A stretch of 64,000 nucleotides of DNA, taken from the NCBI RefSeq assembly GCF_009914755.1, contig NC_060936.1. The stretch is one strand, 5' to 3'. Below the pieces are notes generated by a model. It saw only the letters and a program-made list of their open reading frames with translations. It did no database searches and was not told where the DNA came from. The position numbers and the translations under genes were made by a program. This document shows positions 36,780 through 51,254 of this stretch, in pieces. The stretch's first letter is position 1. Each line of letters starts with the position of its first letter. Origin of the DNA: the human T2T-CHM13v2.0 reference genome, Homo sapiens.

Positions 36780-37419
36780 CTGGAATATCTCTTACACTAA
36801 GCACAGGAGACTGTTCTCCATATTTAACACTATTTTCACAGTGTATACTACCATATCCAGTACATACTATGTGCTCAATAAATATACAATGAATGTGTAA
36901 CTAATAGAGTCAAGAGGCATAAAGGACTTGGAGTTGCAAGACCTCGCTTCAACCCTAGGCTTTGCCAGTTGTTGATTATTCAACTTTGGGCTAATAATTT
37001 ATCATATAAAATGTTGTTTATTATATTAAATTTTAAATATATAATTTCTTAAGAAAACATATTATAAAGTAAATTTATTTATTTGGAAAATTAAAAAAAT
37101 TCTCAGACTGTATTAAGGAAATATATGTAAATGATCCTTGCAAATTATAAATGCTAATTGTTTTAAAGTCACTTCCAGGGCAGAATGGCAATGCTCTTAA
37201 TATTATGAAATCATAGAGCCTCTGTTGAAAGAGACCTTAAAAGGCATCAAGTTCAACCACATCTCTGGTTTTTAATTATCTTTCTACATAGGGACCAGAT
37301 GGACACATGCTGTATATTTAACTTTATCTTTAAGGAAATTGTTAACTGTATCCCTGGTATGCCTCAGAATGTTCTCTTTGAATTATAAAGGAGTGTTCTT
37401 TTCAGTACTTTATTTCATT

Positions 37420-37590
37420 CATTTAGTTCTCACACAACCCCATGAAGTACTATTACTGTTCCCATTAAACAGATGAGAAACCTAAATAAAAAATGTGGTT
37501 ACTTGCCCAGCAACTCAAAACTAGTAAGTTGTATAGTCAGGACGAGAACCCAGGTAATCTCCAGAGCCCATTCCCATAACCAGTACAGAG
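37420..37590 (-). mobile_element. MIR
   Basis: cccattaaacagatgagaaacc...acttgccca. Confidence 0.65.
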
Positions 37591-37751
37591 TACCCTTTCC
37601 ATGTGAAGTGGAATGTGAAAATCTCCTCTGCTTCTTGCACACGATTGTGGTTGAATGTAAGGAGCACCCCTTTTAATTGCATTACAGTATATCATCCAAA
37701 CCAGCAGAGTCCAATTTCTATACAAATTTCAGATGTGAAAGAAATATTCTA

Positions 37752-37912
37752 TATTTATGCTGTCCAATATGGTGGTTAGTAGCCACATTTGCCTTTTGAG
37801 CACTTGGTATGTGGCTAGTGTGACTGAGGATCCAACTTTATTATTTTGATAATTTTAATTTAAATAAGCACACATGGCTGTTGCACATGCCAGCACTTAT
37901 TGGGCAATGCAG
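37752..37912. mobile_element. MER3 hAT MITE
   Basis: tgctgtccaatatggt...gagcacttggtatgtggctagtgtgactgagga. Confidence 0.75.
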
Positions 37913-38159
37913 TTTAAGTTCTATATCAAAGCTCTTCAGTGTTTTCTTTATTGGCATGTGTTACAGCTCCTATTTATATGTGAGACACTCTCCCATAGCT
38001 GTAGGCTGACAAGACAGAGAAAGTAGTGACTAAAAGTTTAGATGCTGAAGAGACAAGTTTACATCTTGGCTGTGGAGCTTAGTATGTTACTCTGAGTTTA
38101 GAGCTGACTTACCCTTAAATTGGGATGATTATTGAACTACATTATAGAACTATTTAAAA

Positions 38160-40240
38160 AAAATTTATTTTGACATAATTTCAGATTTCAGACGTTCAGA
38201 ATAGAGACAAGAATTGTACAAAGAATAACTGCATGAACTTCACTGAGAATCTCCAAAGGTTTCTGAACTCTCTCTCCACCCCCCCTTTCTTTCTCTCTCT
38301 CTCTCTCTCTGTGTGTGTGTATATGTGTGTGTGTACACTTTATTGTTTTCATGAACAATGTGAGAGAGTAAGTTGCTGGCTTACTCCTTTTCTTTTAGGT
38401 GCATATTTTCTAAAAATAAAGGCATGATCTCTCATCAGGAAATTAACATTCACTAGTCTTAATACTATTATCTAATCTACAGACTTAATTCAGATTTCAT
38501 AGGTTTCCCAATAATGTCTTTTATAGCTAAAGAAAATATCATCTTATGCCTTGCATTCCATTTTCATGTCTTTAAACTTCTTTATTCTGAAACAATTCCT
38601 CAATCTTAATTTGTGTTTCATGACATAGACATTTTCTAAATAATATAAGCCAGTTATTTTGTAAATAGTCTCTCAATTTAAGTTTGTCAAATGTTTCCTC
38701 ATGATGAAATTTATTCTATGCACTTTTGGTGGCAATACCACAGAAGTGATGATGTGTCTTTTGCAATGCATCATATCAGAAGGCCCATGGTATTCACTGC
38801 CCCATTATGGTGATGTTAACTTCAATCACTTTATTATCGGGTTAAGGTGCTGTCTATCAGAATGGTGTTTGCTAGTATAGGCAATGTCTGCCAATAATTT
38901 CAATGTAGTTATTACTTTTTCCCTCTGTAATGAAAAATATATTGGGGAAAGTTACATTGAGAATAACTAAATATCCTGTTGCTGCCTCGAATTTTTACAC
39001 ACTTCTTTTTGCACTTATTCATGATTCTTATGTGAATTCTTATGATGATTGCTAAATAGAGATTTTCTAGTTCCATATTTTCTTTACATTTATTAGTCGA
39101 GTTTCCACCTGAAAAACAGCTTTTTTCCACCTAATTATTTATTTATATCCTGGTAGACATATATTATTCAATGGGTTGTCATCCTTTATGTCATTACATA
39201 TAATACATGTGAATATACATATATATGTATATATATTCTTTATATATATAAATATATATATTTGTATATATTTCTTTATATCTTTGATGCTCAAATTGTC
39301 CTGGATTTGAGTTAAGGGAGCTCCTTCAAGCTAGCTTCTACGTCCTTTTGATGTGTCTCCATAATTCTTTGAATACATCCCTAATTTCTGGCACAAGATG
39401 AGGTTTCATAATGATTTTCTACTTTCCCTCACTAGCCCTGGAATCAGTAATTTTCCTAAAATTCCTTTATTCCTTTGAGTGAAAAGTATTTAGAAGCCTA
39501 GATCATGGGCTAGGTCTTCTTCTTGTTGCTACTGGGTGTCATTGCTTCTAGGCCTTCTCAGCAGATAGCCTGGAAGTAGGACTTGAAATATTCATGAATG
39601 TATAATTATCTATATGAATAAATACATATAAAGGCATATATATTTATACATGTTTATGAGTATATGTGTCACTACATATCTATTTCTATTTTTATGCCTA
39701 TCTATGTATCTAGCTATCCATCTTAAAACTCTTAAATTCAAACTGACGCCTCCAAAATCAACACCTTGGAGTTCATTCTATCTTCTCCCTTTTCCATATT
39801 TGTAATTCCCTTCTCTAATTTAGCAAAACTTAGTTACCATTGGCCACAATTTATTTTATTTCTTTGCTCACCTTAGAATATATAGAAACTAGTTTCCAAA
39901 CTGTTAATCTAGGAATCTGAGCAAAAGCTACTCACTAGAATTGAATATTTGTTCAGAGTTGTCTTCAGACTCAGAGTACATAGTTCTAATAGTCAAGGTT
40001 CATATAGTTCAAAAGTTAACTGAGGTTCCCCCTAAGCTGTGTGGCCATGTTATTCATTTGAAATATGACTCTGTTCATGTTTTTGTTTTAGGTTTTTAGT
40101 TCTAGGAGTTTTTTCCTCCCATGCTTGTTAGTTTTCTATTCTTTTTAAAGTATGTATGTGAAACATTAAAAATTCCCAAAAGTCAGAACCATAAAATATT
40201 ATACTCAAGAAGGTGTAAGTCCATCCTCCCTTTCTTCATA
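38160..40240 (-). mobile_element. L1MC4-type 3' region
   Basis: gatgctcaaattgtcc, ccctggaatcag, ttgctactgggtgtcattgcttctaggcc motifs. Confidence 0.75.
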
Positions 40241-42784
40241 GAGCAGTTTTGAAGAGTAAATAATATTATAAATGTTTAGATTTTGCATTACCTGGCACAT
40301 ATTTAGGTCTCAAAAAATCTAATATAGCTATTCATCTAATAATCGCGCTTTTTCTATGTTCAATTACACACTCACTAAGTACTTCATACCTTTTTCTCAA
40401 TGTATGAAACCAAATAAGAATGCACATATGTGAACAAAACTCTTCTAAAATTTTGGTATTTTAACTCTTACTAGCAAAATATTATTTGCAATCTTTCTCA
40501 CAATTAATCACGAAACAAACTATTGTGTTTGATTTCCTAGCTAAGAAATAATGGCTTATTTCATTCCTTAAAAAGTAGAACATGAATGCTGCATGTGGCA
40601 TAAGCACAGTGTTATTGCAGGAGTAATATAGAAAACATATCAGGGTCAGAACTCATTTAGTGGTGCCTTAAATGTGAAGAAAATAGCTGTAATTCTGCAT
40701 AAATGTTATAATTGTTAGATTGCAGAGAAACAAAGAGTCCTGAGGCATGTCTGAAGAAATGAGCAGATTACATGCTTAACTAATTCTGGAAGATAAGGTT
40801 TCTAGATTAAGTCATGCTCTGCAAGGGAAACAAATAAAGCAAGCACTACATCATTAGAATCTATTTTATTTTAATGTATTTCTTTAAAGAGAAAGCTTTG
40901 ATTCTGGAAATGTCTGACATTGCTGCATTTTTCTCATGAAGTCTTCTGTGCATACTTAACTAGTGATTCTAATACGTATATTTTACTAGTGATATTCAGT
41001 AAATATGTCAGAGAACAGATTTCTTCTCTTGGCTAAATGTTTGCAATAAAATTTCTGGATAAAATTTGAATTATTTTCCTATTTTGTGAATCATATATCC
41101 TTACTAAAGCATCTTTTTACTTCTTTTTTGATCATGTATAAAAGTTATTGAGTATCATAAGAAATTTTAAAACATTTTATTTTTATCACATAACAGGAAT
41201 GGAATAAACCAAAAAAAAAGTATACTTAGAAAACTCTTAAATGACAATACAACTATGAATCTTAAACATTTTTGGGAAGCAAATAGAGATGACATATCAA
41301 GATCAAATTGTAAAATCCATGTAAGTATCACCAGCATGACAATCTTTCTAAGAGATGTTTACTTTTAGATATACTCCCTATATTCTTTATAGTATATAGA
41401 AACTTTCTTTGTCCATATCTTAATAGCAGGGTGAACTTAGAGGTAAGTTACAAGTTGCATACATTTAAATGTTAATTTTAATGCACCTTTGGTACACTTT
41501 ATATTTTGAATTGAAGGGAAATTTTAATTCTGTAACATAAGTATCTTAATAGATACTTAATCATATATCCAGAGATATTAATAGATATCCAGTTTTACCC
41601 AGAATTTTCTTAAAGTAATACACAGATGCTTACTGATTGGTTAGTACCCTTCTTTCACATTTCTGAGGTCTCATCTTCCAAATGAGGTAGATTCAACAAC
41701 GTTTCCAAGTTGTAGCTCCTCAGGACCCAAGTCCTCTCCATGCTGTGGCTAGGGCTTCCAAAGTCCCTCATTTCCCCACATCACCACTCCTCTTTAAGAT
41801 CTCCTTCTTTCCTGATTTCTCATACAACTTTTTTATGCCCATCTCTGTCCTTGATGCTGGAGGGGGAAGTGAAACTGCCAAACATCATCACCAGGATGTG
41901 CATGAAATCCAACCACACATTGAACCCCAGATTTCCTTGGGCTCTTTTGAACACCCAATCTTTGGGTAAGATTATTTCTATGAAAATTTTGTTTCAACTT
42001 TCTAAACAATTGAACTGTAAATTTTACTGTAAGATTAGTGTGCGTCATTTAAAAAATTTTGTGTCTTCCGTGCGTTATGAGATATGTCCCATTCTGTAAT
42101 CTCTGACCATGGAATCAAGCTTAAATTTCATGACCCTTTCTGAAATTACATAAGTGTCTTGAGTTTGTTTTTAACTGATATTCACCCGCCCCGCTTGTTG
42201 GTCTAAATGAAGAGGAAATTATCCTAATGACTTTATTTTCCTTCTTTAGATGAAATTGTTAGCATGGCAAGGAAAAAATATATTAGCTTTTCCATGTTTA
42301 TTGCAATAAGATTTCCAGTAGATATCAGGATAATTTAAGGCTTCCGTTGCTACAGTTGCTTGCCTTTCTCTCTTCTGGTTTTGAAATTATCATTAGGAAT
42401 AAAGAACTCATTGCTTTCTCCTAGCTAACCGTCTATAGCATAATACTAAATACCCTTTCAAAATGATGCTTCTATTTGCATTTATGTTACTTCATTCTAC
42501 TAATTTTCCCTATGCTTTCACTCAAAAAGCTATGGATACCTCCACACTGTGTTTTTCGGTATTTCTCCCCGTGTTCTTCTGCTGGGATTTGAAAGTATAC
42601 ACTTGAACTTGAAATAAATAATAGTAATTCATGCAATGTAAGAAATATGCTGCTATTATAGGATAGGGAGAGAGATAACTTAGAAAGACATAATTTGTAA
42701 CAATAAAAGTTTTGAGTATTTTTCCTTCTTGGCTGACTTCGTTAGTAACTATCATAGAAGCATTTGACACTTCATTTTAAAGTA

Positions 42785-43495
42785 CAGTAGTCCCCCATTA
42801 TTCTCCAGGGATATATTAGAAGACCCCCTAGTGATGCCTGGAACTGCAGATAGTACTGAACCCAATTGCTGTCAATCTTCCTGTTCATCTTCCACCTACA
42901 AATTTAATACTTATTCCACCTTAACTAAGCCCTTATCATACACTCTAGCCATAACTTTTATAGTGAAGTATGACAGCAAAGCTTGCATAATTTGTTTTCC
43001 TTCTTCCCGATTTCATGAATAGAAGACTCATTCTTACCATAGACATTAGCAACCTCAACCTCAGCATACTTTTTTTTTCTTTCCTTAAGTGGAGAACTTT
43101 CACTTTTTCCCTTAAAGGAAGCACTTCCCAGCTTCTGTTTGGCATATCCAAATTCTCACCAACATTACTATTGTGCTTTGGGGTTATTCTGAAGTCAATT
43201 AAGGGTTCCTTGAACACATGCACTGTGATATCACAGACAGTCAATCCATCACAGAGACGGATACTAAGTGACTCATGAGCAAATAGCGTGGACAGCTTGG
43301 ATACACTGGACAAAGAAATAATTCACATCCTGGGCCTGTAGGAGCAGGATGGCATGAGATTTCATCAGCTACTCAGAATGATGTGCAACTGAAAACTTAT
43401 GAGCTGTTTATTTCCAAAATTTTTTATTTAATATTTTCAAACTGCACGGTAACTAAAGCCATGAAAACCAAACCTTGAACAAGAGGGGAATGCTG
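42785..43495 (-). mobile_element. MER44C/D (Tigger7-derived), complete
   Basis: TIRs with TA flanks. ORF 42945..43313 includes a transposase N-terminal remnant (VLPLREKVKVL). Confidence 0.9.
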
Positions 43496-43720
43496 TATAT
43501 ATGTCTGAATCATATTCCATTGGGAATAATTTACATAAGATATACAGCATAGCTATATCTGTATAAACAACACAGGTTTGAACTGTGCGAATCTTCTTAC
43601 AGATGAAACTTAAGATTGTTAACTAAAAAAAAGATGGTAGAAAATTACATATAGTTTTATTTTATGTCTTAAATAATAATAATCAGGAAATTTGGATAAA
43701 TATATAAAAAGTTATTAGCA

Positions 43721-44008
43721 GCCAGGCATGGTGACTCACTCCTGTAATCTCAACACTTTGGGAGGCTGAGACGGGCAGATCACCTGAGGGCAGGAGTTCA
43801 AGACCAGTCTAGCCAACGTGGTGAAACTCCGCCTCTACTAGAAATACAAAAATTAGCTGGACGTGGCAGCACATGCCTGTAGTCCCAGCTACTCATGAGG
43901 CTGAGGCAGGAGAATTGCTTGAACCCGGGAGGCAGAGGTTTCAATGAGTGGAGATTGCGCCAGTGTACTCCAGCTCATCAGCCTGGGTGACAGAGAGAGA
44001 CTCCGTCA

Positions 44009-44054
<46 letters not shown>
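43721..44054 (+). mobile_element. AluSx/Sz-like with A45 tail
   Basis: Full dimer; TSD gttattagca. Confidence 0.95.
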
Positions 44055-44056
<2 letters not shown>

Positions 44057-44562
44057 TTATTAGCAGCAATTAGTTTTATAAAGGTAGGAAGAATCTTTAC
44101 TCAATAATTTTACTTTCTAACTTCACAATTTATGTAGTGTTTGAATGATTTACAGTTAGCAGTTATTACCTGTCTGAGTAGGAAAAGATAGAGATTTTCA
44201 AAAGACAAATTTTATTTTAAAAAGCCAAATGATGTAATGGAAAGTTGTGGAGTTTACAGTCAGAAAATGTAGCAGCCATCTAATCATATGACTTACTAGA
44301 CTTAATTTATTCCTTCTGAGCCTCAGTATTCTTACCTGTAAAATATGATAATAATTACCAACCTAAAAGATTGTTCTGCAAGCAACATGTGAGAAATGTA
44401 AGCTGCAAATAGCAAGATACGTCTTCTGGTTTTGTATGTATGATTTTATACTGACTTACAGATACTTATAATTGAGAAAGAATGTGGTGGGGGGAAGGGT
44501 GGTAGTGAGTAGGACCATTTGTAAAATGATGAGAACAAAATTCAATAAAGAAAGCTCATGTT

Positions 44563-44927
44563 TCTGTGAAGTGGGCTTTTTTAGATTACACTAATAAGTG
44601 AGATCTAAGAGGACAGAGGGGAGGAAGAGTTATGGAGAAAGAGGAGCTGTTGATCCAGGGATAAAATTTCAGTTAAACTGGAGGAATAAGTTTTAGTAAT
44701 CTATTGCACTGCATAGTGACTACAGATAATAATAATGTACTATATATTTCAAAATTGCTTATAATAGATTTTAATGTCTTCACCACAAAAAATCAGTTGC
44801 TGAGGTGATGAATACATTAATTAGACTGGTTAAAACTTTCTGCAATGTATAGATGGATGAAAACATCACATTGTACCCTATAAATACACACAATTATTAA
44901 TTGTCATTTAAAAATAAACCAATAGAA
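44563..44927 (+). mobile_element. L1MA 3' end with 5' inversion
   Basis: 16-bp TSD aaagaaagctcatgtt (44547-44562 and 44928-44943); the first ~43 nt are inverted L1 sequence. Confidence 0.85.
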
Positions 44928-45245
44928 AAAGAAAGCTCATGTTGAAAATTGAAGGCAGAAAGGGAAGGAAAATACAATGCAAATATACTGTAATACATTT
45001 TCAATCAAAGTAAAATAGCTATTCAGTGCTGAAAGTAAGGAGAAAGGGAATTGAAGAAAAAGTAACAAAGAAAACAAAAAGTCAAAAGTTGGGAAAAAAA
45101 AATAGATGGAGTTAATGACTCAGAGATTTTTAGAAATAGCACCAAGCTGTGAAGCCCAAGAATGGTCATTCAATTTGGAAAGGATGATCGAAGCCTCAAT
45201 CACTTTTGTAGATTGATAATGACAGGATTAAAATATTTTTAAAGA

Positions 45246-45296
45246 TTTTCACCACTTCCCAACCTCCTCCATTGGGAGGTTGGGAAGTGGTGAAAA
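45246..45296. repeat. Perfect 22-bp inverted repeat with 7-nt spacer
   Basis: ttttcaccacttcccaacctcc-tccattg-ggaggttgggaagtggtgaaaa. Confidence 0.95.
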
Positions 45297-45623
45297 CTTA
45301 AACATAACCAAGTGTTGCAAGCAAAATTTGATCTACTGAATGTAATGCAGCTCTTCATGGCTTCAGGTTACGTGAGCAACAGGTATAAGCTAAGCTTTAG
45401 AGTAATATACAGATTTGTAATCTTGTGCCAATTGCTTTTCTTCCTTAAGTCTCATTTTCCTCATCTGTTAAATGAGGTTAAAAATAATAGCTATTCCATA
45501 AGGCTGTCAGGAGGAAATAATGTGTTGCTATACCTAAGACTGAATAAATGGTAAATATTGTTGTAGTTGTTGGAAAATTCTCCAGGCATTGTGCATCGAT
45601 GATTTAAGAAGTTAGATATTCAA

Positions 45624-46221
<598 letters not shown>

Positions 46222-48605
46222 TTATTTTTCTCTCAGGAGTTATTTTAACAATTTTGTTTTGAGACTTCTAACAGACTTTCTGGAGCTCTCCTACCAGCTG
46301 CTATTGTTCTGTGTCCCTTGCTGGCAAGTACTGTCTTTCAATAGAGATGAGCCAATTTATTTGATGCTGCCTCTGGAGAAGAGAGAAGCCCTTTGGGTAC
46401 AAAGTGTGCCTGTCATGCAGATGGCTTCTCTAATCTAATGAGGTAGAGAGCTGAGCAGTCAGGAGAGGAAGGAGTGTTGGTAAAAGCAGAGTCTGTTCTC
46501 TGCACCCACTTCTCCCATCTATATATGAATAGTTAGTACAAGAGCCACTTTCTACAAGAATCTTTAAACTTTGACATGACTATCCTAAAGATGAGCACAT
46601 CTGAGTCTGTGCATGGCTGGTGTATCAGTGCAGTCTGTTTGGACAGCCACTTTCCTCTGCCACAAGGTGTGTTTCCTTTTTATTCTTCGTGACAGTTTGG
46701 CTTATAAAGTCTTCCCTTATTGATGCAATTGTGAGAGAATAAATTTCATTCTTCCCCTGAATCTGTAACATCTTTAGAATATAATCTGAATATCAAAATT
46801 TAGGTTTTTGGTTTGGTTTTGTTTAATTAATTCATTTAACCATAAATACTTCTGTAATGAGAAACCAATTGTAGCTTATAGAATAACCTGATAGTGGTGA
46901 TGAGGGAGACATAAGCCTGCTGCCTTAATGCTTTCTGTGCCTCAGTTTCCTCATGCATATAAGTGGGAAATATGTCACTATCTTTTACTGGTTTCATAGG
47001 ATTATATTCAGTGCCAGTTATATTTGTTCTAAAACACTTGGATAGTTATTTGTGCCTTCAAAATTATCTAATGTCATATGAAAATACAAATTTTGAAAGG
47101 ATACTATTGCAATGAGCTGTCAGTTTTAAATATTTTGATTTGAATTTTATTGAAAAACCAAATTCCACCTTAGGTTTTCTATCTGAAATGTTTAAAATTT
47201 GTGTAAATATTAACATCACATGGAAATCATATTCTATTTAAATTTTTTGCCATCATTTATTTTTTATCTGACTCTCCTTGTAATTTTATTTTCAATTGCC
47301 TTCAGGGAACAATATGCAAACTCTTCGAGAACTCATTTAACTCTTGTCAATTTGTACCAATAAAAATCAAAGCTTATATAGTATTATGCAAATATTTTAT
47401 TCACTTGGATAAGAGGGAGTCCATTCTACTAAGTCAGTTCTTGTATTAAAATAATTATTCATTTTGTTTCATCATTTCAATTATAGGCGCATAAATTCTT
47501 ATATCTTGTCTCAAACACAAAATCTCAGAACGTCTTACTTTCATGCAAAAAAACTAAGTTCTAAAAAAGCAAATTTATATCACCTTAAGACGTCCAAAAG
47601 TATAAAGGTTATTGGACATCACTCCTGGTATCCTTGGAAATATTTGTTTGATTTTGAAGAAAGCCTCTAAGCAGTCAAGTTGAGTAATATTTTTAACTTA
47701 CTCTTCTCGACTTTGAAAGAGTGCACCTGTGAAGAAATATCTAGGGCATAGATATTTCCTCATCTCTCTTTATCATCTTGCTTTCTACCATGTTGGTCTG
47801 CATATGGTTAGATGAATCTGTGTGACTAATACCAGGGCAATCTTGACCTCAGTGTATCAACTTCTGTGAGCCTGTCTTGTCTAAAATGAATTTGGCTGAG
47901 TTATAGAGCCTCTAAGAAACTCTTACCAGAGGAAGGAAGACAAAAGTTTGCGGTGGGAAAGTGAAGAGGTCAAAAAAGGAGCTAGAACTTACTAAATAAA
48001 CATTTTAGCATATATTATCAATATAAGAGTAACCCAGGAAAATCATTGTTATGGCTTCTATATTCTTGAATTTAGTAGTAAAAATAATTTGATTTTGGCT
48101 TAAATGTAATGTTCTATTTCTTAAGGTCCTGTTTCTCAAGGTCCCATTTCTTTTCACTCTACTTGTCAAGTTCAAGACCATTTAAAAAATTAGTATTTTG
48201 CTAGTACAGTTTATTAATAACCATCTCATTTAAAAGATAGAGATATATGTCAGGTGCACTCAACTTTATGTTTCAGATCACCTTGGATACTGTTTTAGCA
48301 TTAGTTTAATAATTTTTGATAATTCATCATAAACTTCCATCACAGATATTAGCATAAATTCTACAGGCCAATTTTTTTAATAAATCCTTGTTTTACCTCA
48401 TCAAGAGAGAAATAAAGAGTGAGAGAAAAGTGAAAGAGAGATTGAGATGGGGTAGAATCCGATAACATTAAAATTTAAGGGAACATGCCTGCTTTGTGTG
48501 TTTGTCTGTTTGGTTATTTCCAGAAACATAGGAATCTCAGTAGGAGAAATTGAGTATAATGTTCTGTATTTAAGGGATGCAGTTTATATGTCTTTTTGGT
48601 CAATA

Positions 48606-48700
48606 CAGTTATTCCCTTTATTCAGGGGGATATGTTCCAAGACCCCCAATGGATGCCTGAACCACAGATAGTAGTAAACCCTATATACACTGTTTTTACA
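48606..48700 (-). mobile_element. MER44 terminal fragment
   Basis: ggggatatgttccaagacccccaatggatgcctgaa. Confidence 0.8.
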
Positions 48701-48795
48701 TATATATATGTGTGTATATACATATGTGTGTGTATATATGTGTGTGTGTGTATGTGCGTGTGTACACACACACACATACACACACACACACACAC
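48698..48795 (+). repeat. (TA/TG)n-(CA)n microsatellite
   Basis: Direct observation. Confidence 0.9.
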
Positions 48796-48804
48796 CATAC
48801 CTGT

Positions 48805-48898
48805 TGATATGGTCTGGCTGTGTCCCCATCCAAATCTCACCTTGAATAACCGTCATGTGTCAAGGACAGGGCCAGGTGGAGATAATTGAATCACAGGG
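48805..48898 (+). mobile_element. THE1 LTR terminal fragment
   Basis: tgatatggtctggctgtgtccccatccaaatctcaccttgaa. Confidence 0.85.
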
Positions 48899-49190
<292 letters not shown>

Positions 49191-51254
49191 TTACATCATG
49201 TCCGGAATTGAAAACACCTGTCACGCAGTCAAAAACTAGATTAATTTTCTATGTGGAATATAGAAAAAGAAAGAAGTTGAAGTGGAAAATCTGGAGCAAA
49301 ATATTTATATTGAAATAAAATCTGAACATTTTTTTGAAAAGATACACTGAAATTTACTACACAAATAAGTCAAGGCTCTCTCTAAAGAATGTGGCATATA
49401 ATTTTTGTCTTTAGAAAGTATTAGAAGCATGGTGATGGCTGCACGGCCTCCACATTCTCTGCGGGTAGATGAAATCTTGAATTTAGGAATTCAAGCAGAT
49501 CGTGCTTTCTGCCCTTAGAGAAAAGGTATTACATGTTGGTAACTGAGGTATAAAATAACCAAAGCCCAGATCTCGTCTCGTGCTCCACGGAAATCATGCC
49601 TCGCCCGAGTCTATAATTGGCTGAATTCATTTCCAATGAATGAAATGCAAAAACATGGAAAAGACTAAAATTGAAATTTTATAATTTAAAAGATTTAAAC
49701 TGTGAGGATGGTACATCCTTGACCTAGAGAATTTTGAATCTGTCTTTGGACAGGTGGGCAACCATAGGAAGCAAGTAGGTGTCTGGAGATGGCTGCAGAG
49801 ACATCCCGTCCCCTCGGTAGCACTGATTGCATTTTCCATGAAGGTTGCTCTTAACTTCAAAGCAGACACTCTGCTGTGAAGGTTCTGAGAGGTTAGTTCT
49901 GGGTCTCGTTGTTTCAATTAATCATTTATTCAATTAATAAATTTTGAGCTCCTGCTGTGAATCAGGCAGTATGCTAGGCCCTGTGGCTACAATATAGGCA
50001 TGGTTCATGTTTTCAGCAAACGACATTTTACTGCTTTGGTAAAAATAACAATTCATCAGAAGAAAGGCTATATACTAAGTTATAGAACAGAACAGAAGTA
50101 AGACCCTCCAAAAAGGAATGTGAATATACAAGAATGGATATGAATAATTTTCCAAATTATAGGTTCAGCTTGGGTAAAGAAAACTGTGGGATTAGTTACC
50201 CTTGCTTTATGCTGAGAACTAAGAAAAAATAAAATAAATAAAATAAAATAAAACCGTTCATGTTAATCCTTTCTAAGACAAACATGCTTTTATATTCTGA
50301 TTTTAATTTTCCATTTGCCAATGAAAGGCTCTTAGATAGCAGTTAAAAGAAGTATATAAAAATTAAAACAAAAAAGAAATTATTCCTAGGTTACTAAGTA
50401 TTTAAGAGCTACAAACATATATAAAAACTAAAAAATTTGTTGTAAAGTCATTTGAAAAGGAGTATACTTATCTGTAGCCACCTAAGCTATATCTTAGGGC
50501 AGAGTAAGCACAGCTTGATCATATAATCTGGAAACCAGAATTATGTTAGCCTCATAAAGTATTTCCAAGTACAAAGAGTTCATTTTCTTTGATAAAACAA
50601 AGGAGAGATACAGTAATCTTATAGCCAAGGCAAGCCTTTGGATATAAGATTTTTAAAAGCTTGGAGAAAATTATTTTATTATAATAAAATCAATTATTGA
50701 GATCCACTGTATTTATGTCACTTCTTTTAGAGTTACATAGAAATTTTAATCTTTGTCTACAAAGAATTACACTTTAAAGGAACAATTTCAGTGTAGGAAA
50801 GGTTAACCGATGAAAATATCATATATTTGGGAATGTTTGCTTAGATAAGGACATAGTATTCATTGTTTCCTCATTTGTAACATATGGTGGTTTAATCAGT
50901 ATTATCTCTAAGTTTCCTGGTAACTTGAACACTAGGATTCTTTAAACCCTAAGGAATTAGAATTCAAATTATGACTTGTGTGCTTCCTACTATATAATTG
51001 AAAAGTTAAACCTTGCTTATTTACTGTTTCTTAAATCATTACATATGTGTTACGTCTTTTAAGCGGCTTTTAGTATAATTCTTGTAGATTGGCCTTGTAG
51101 GTATGCCTGTTTATTTTCTTTATTCTTTAAATTGGGTATTTATAGATAATTAGGAGGTAAGATTAATTACAATTTTTCCTTTAAAAACCTACTTTTATGT
51201 TCACTAATTAAAAAATGCATATTCTTTATTTCTTAGTATATGTAGACTATATTT

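Noticed and set aside
41740-42099. Overlapping ORFs in a GC-richer patch
   Set aside because: No recognisable protein motif and no convincing splice-site pair; could not be tied to the fossil gene.
42945-43313. 122-aa ORF with a transposase-like motif
   Set aside because: Decayed Tigger7/MER44 remnant; no catalytic domain, not a domesticated gene.
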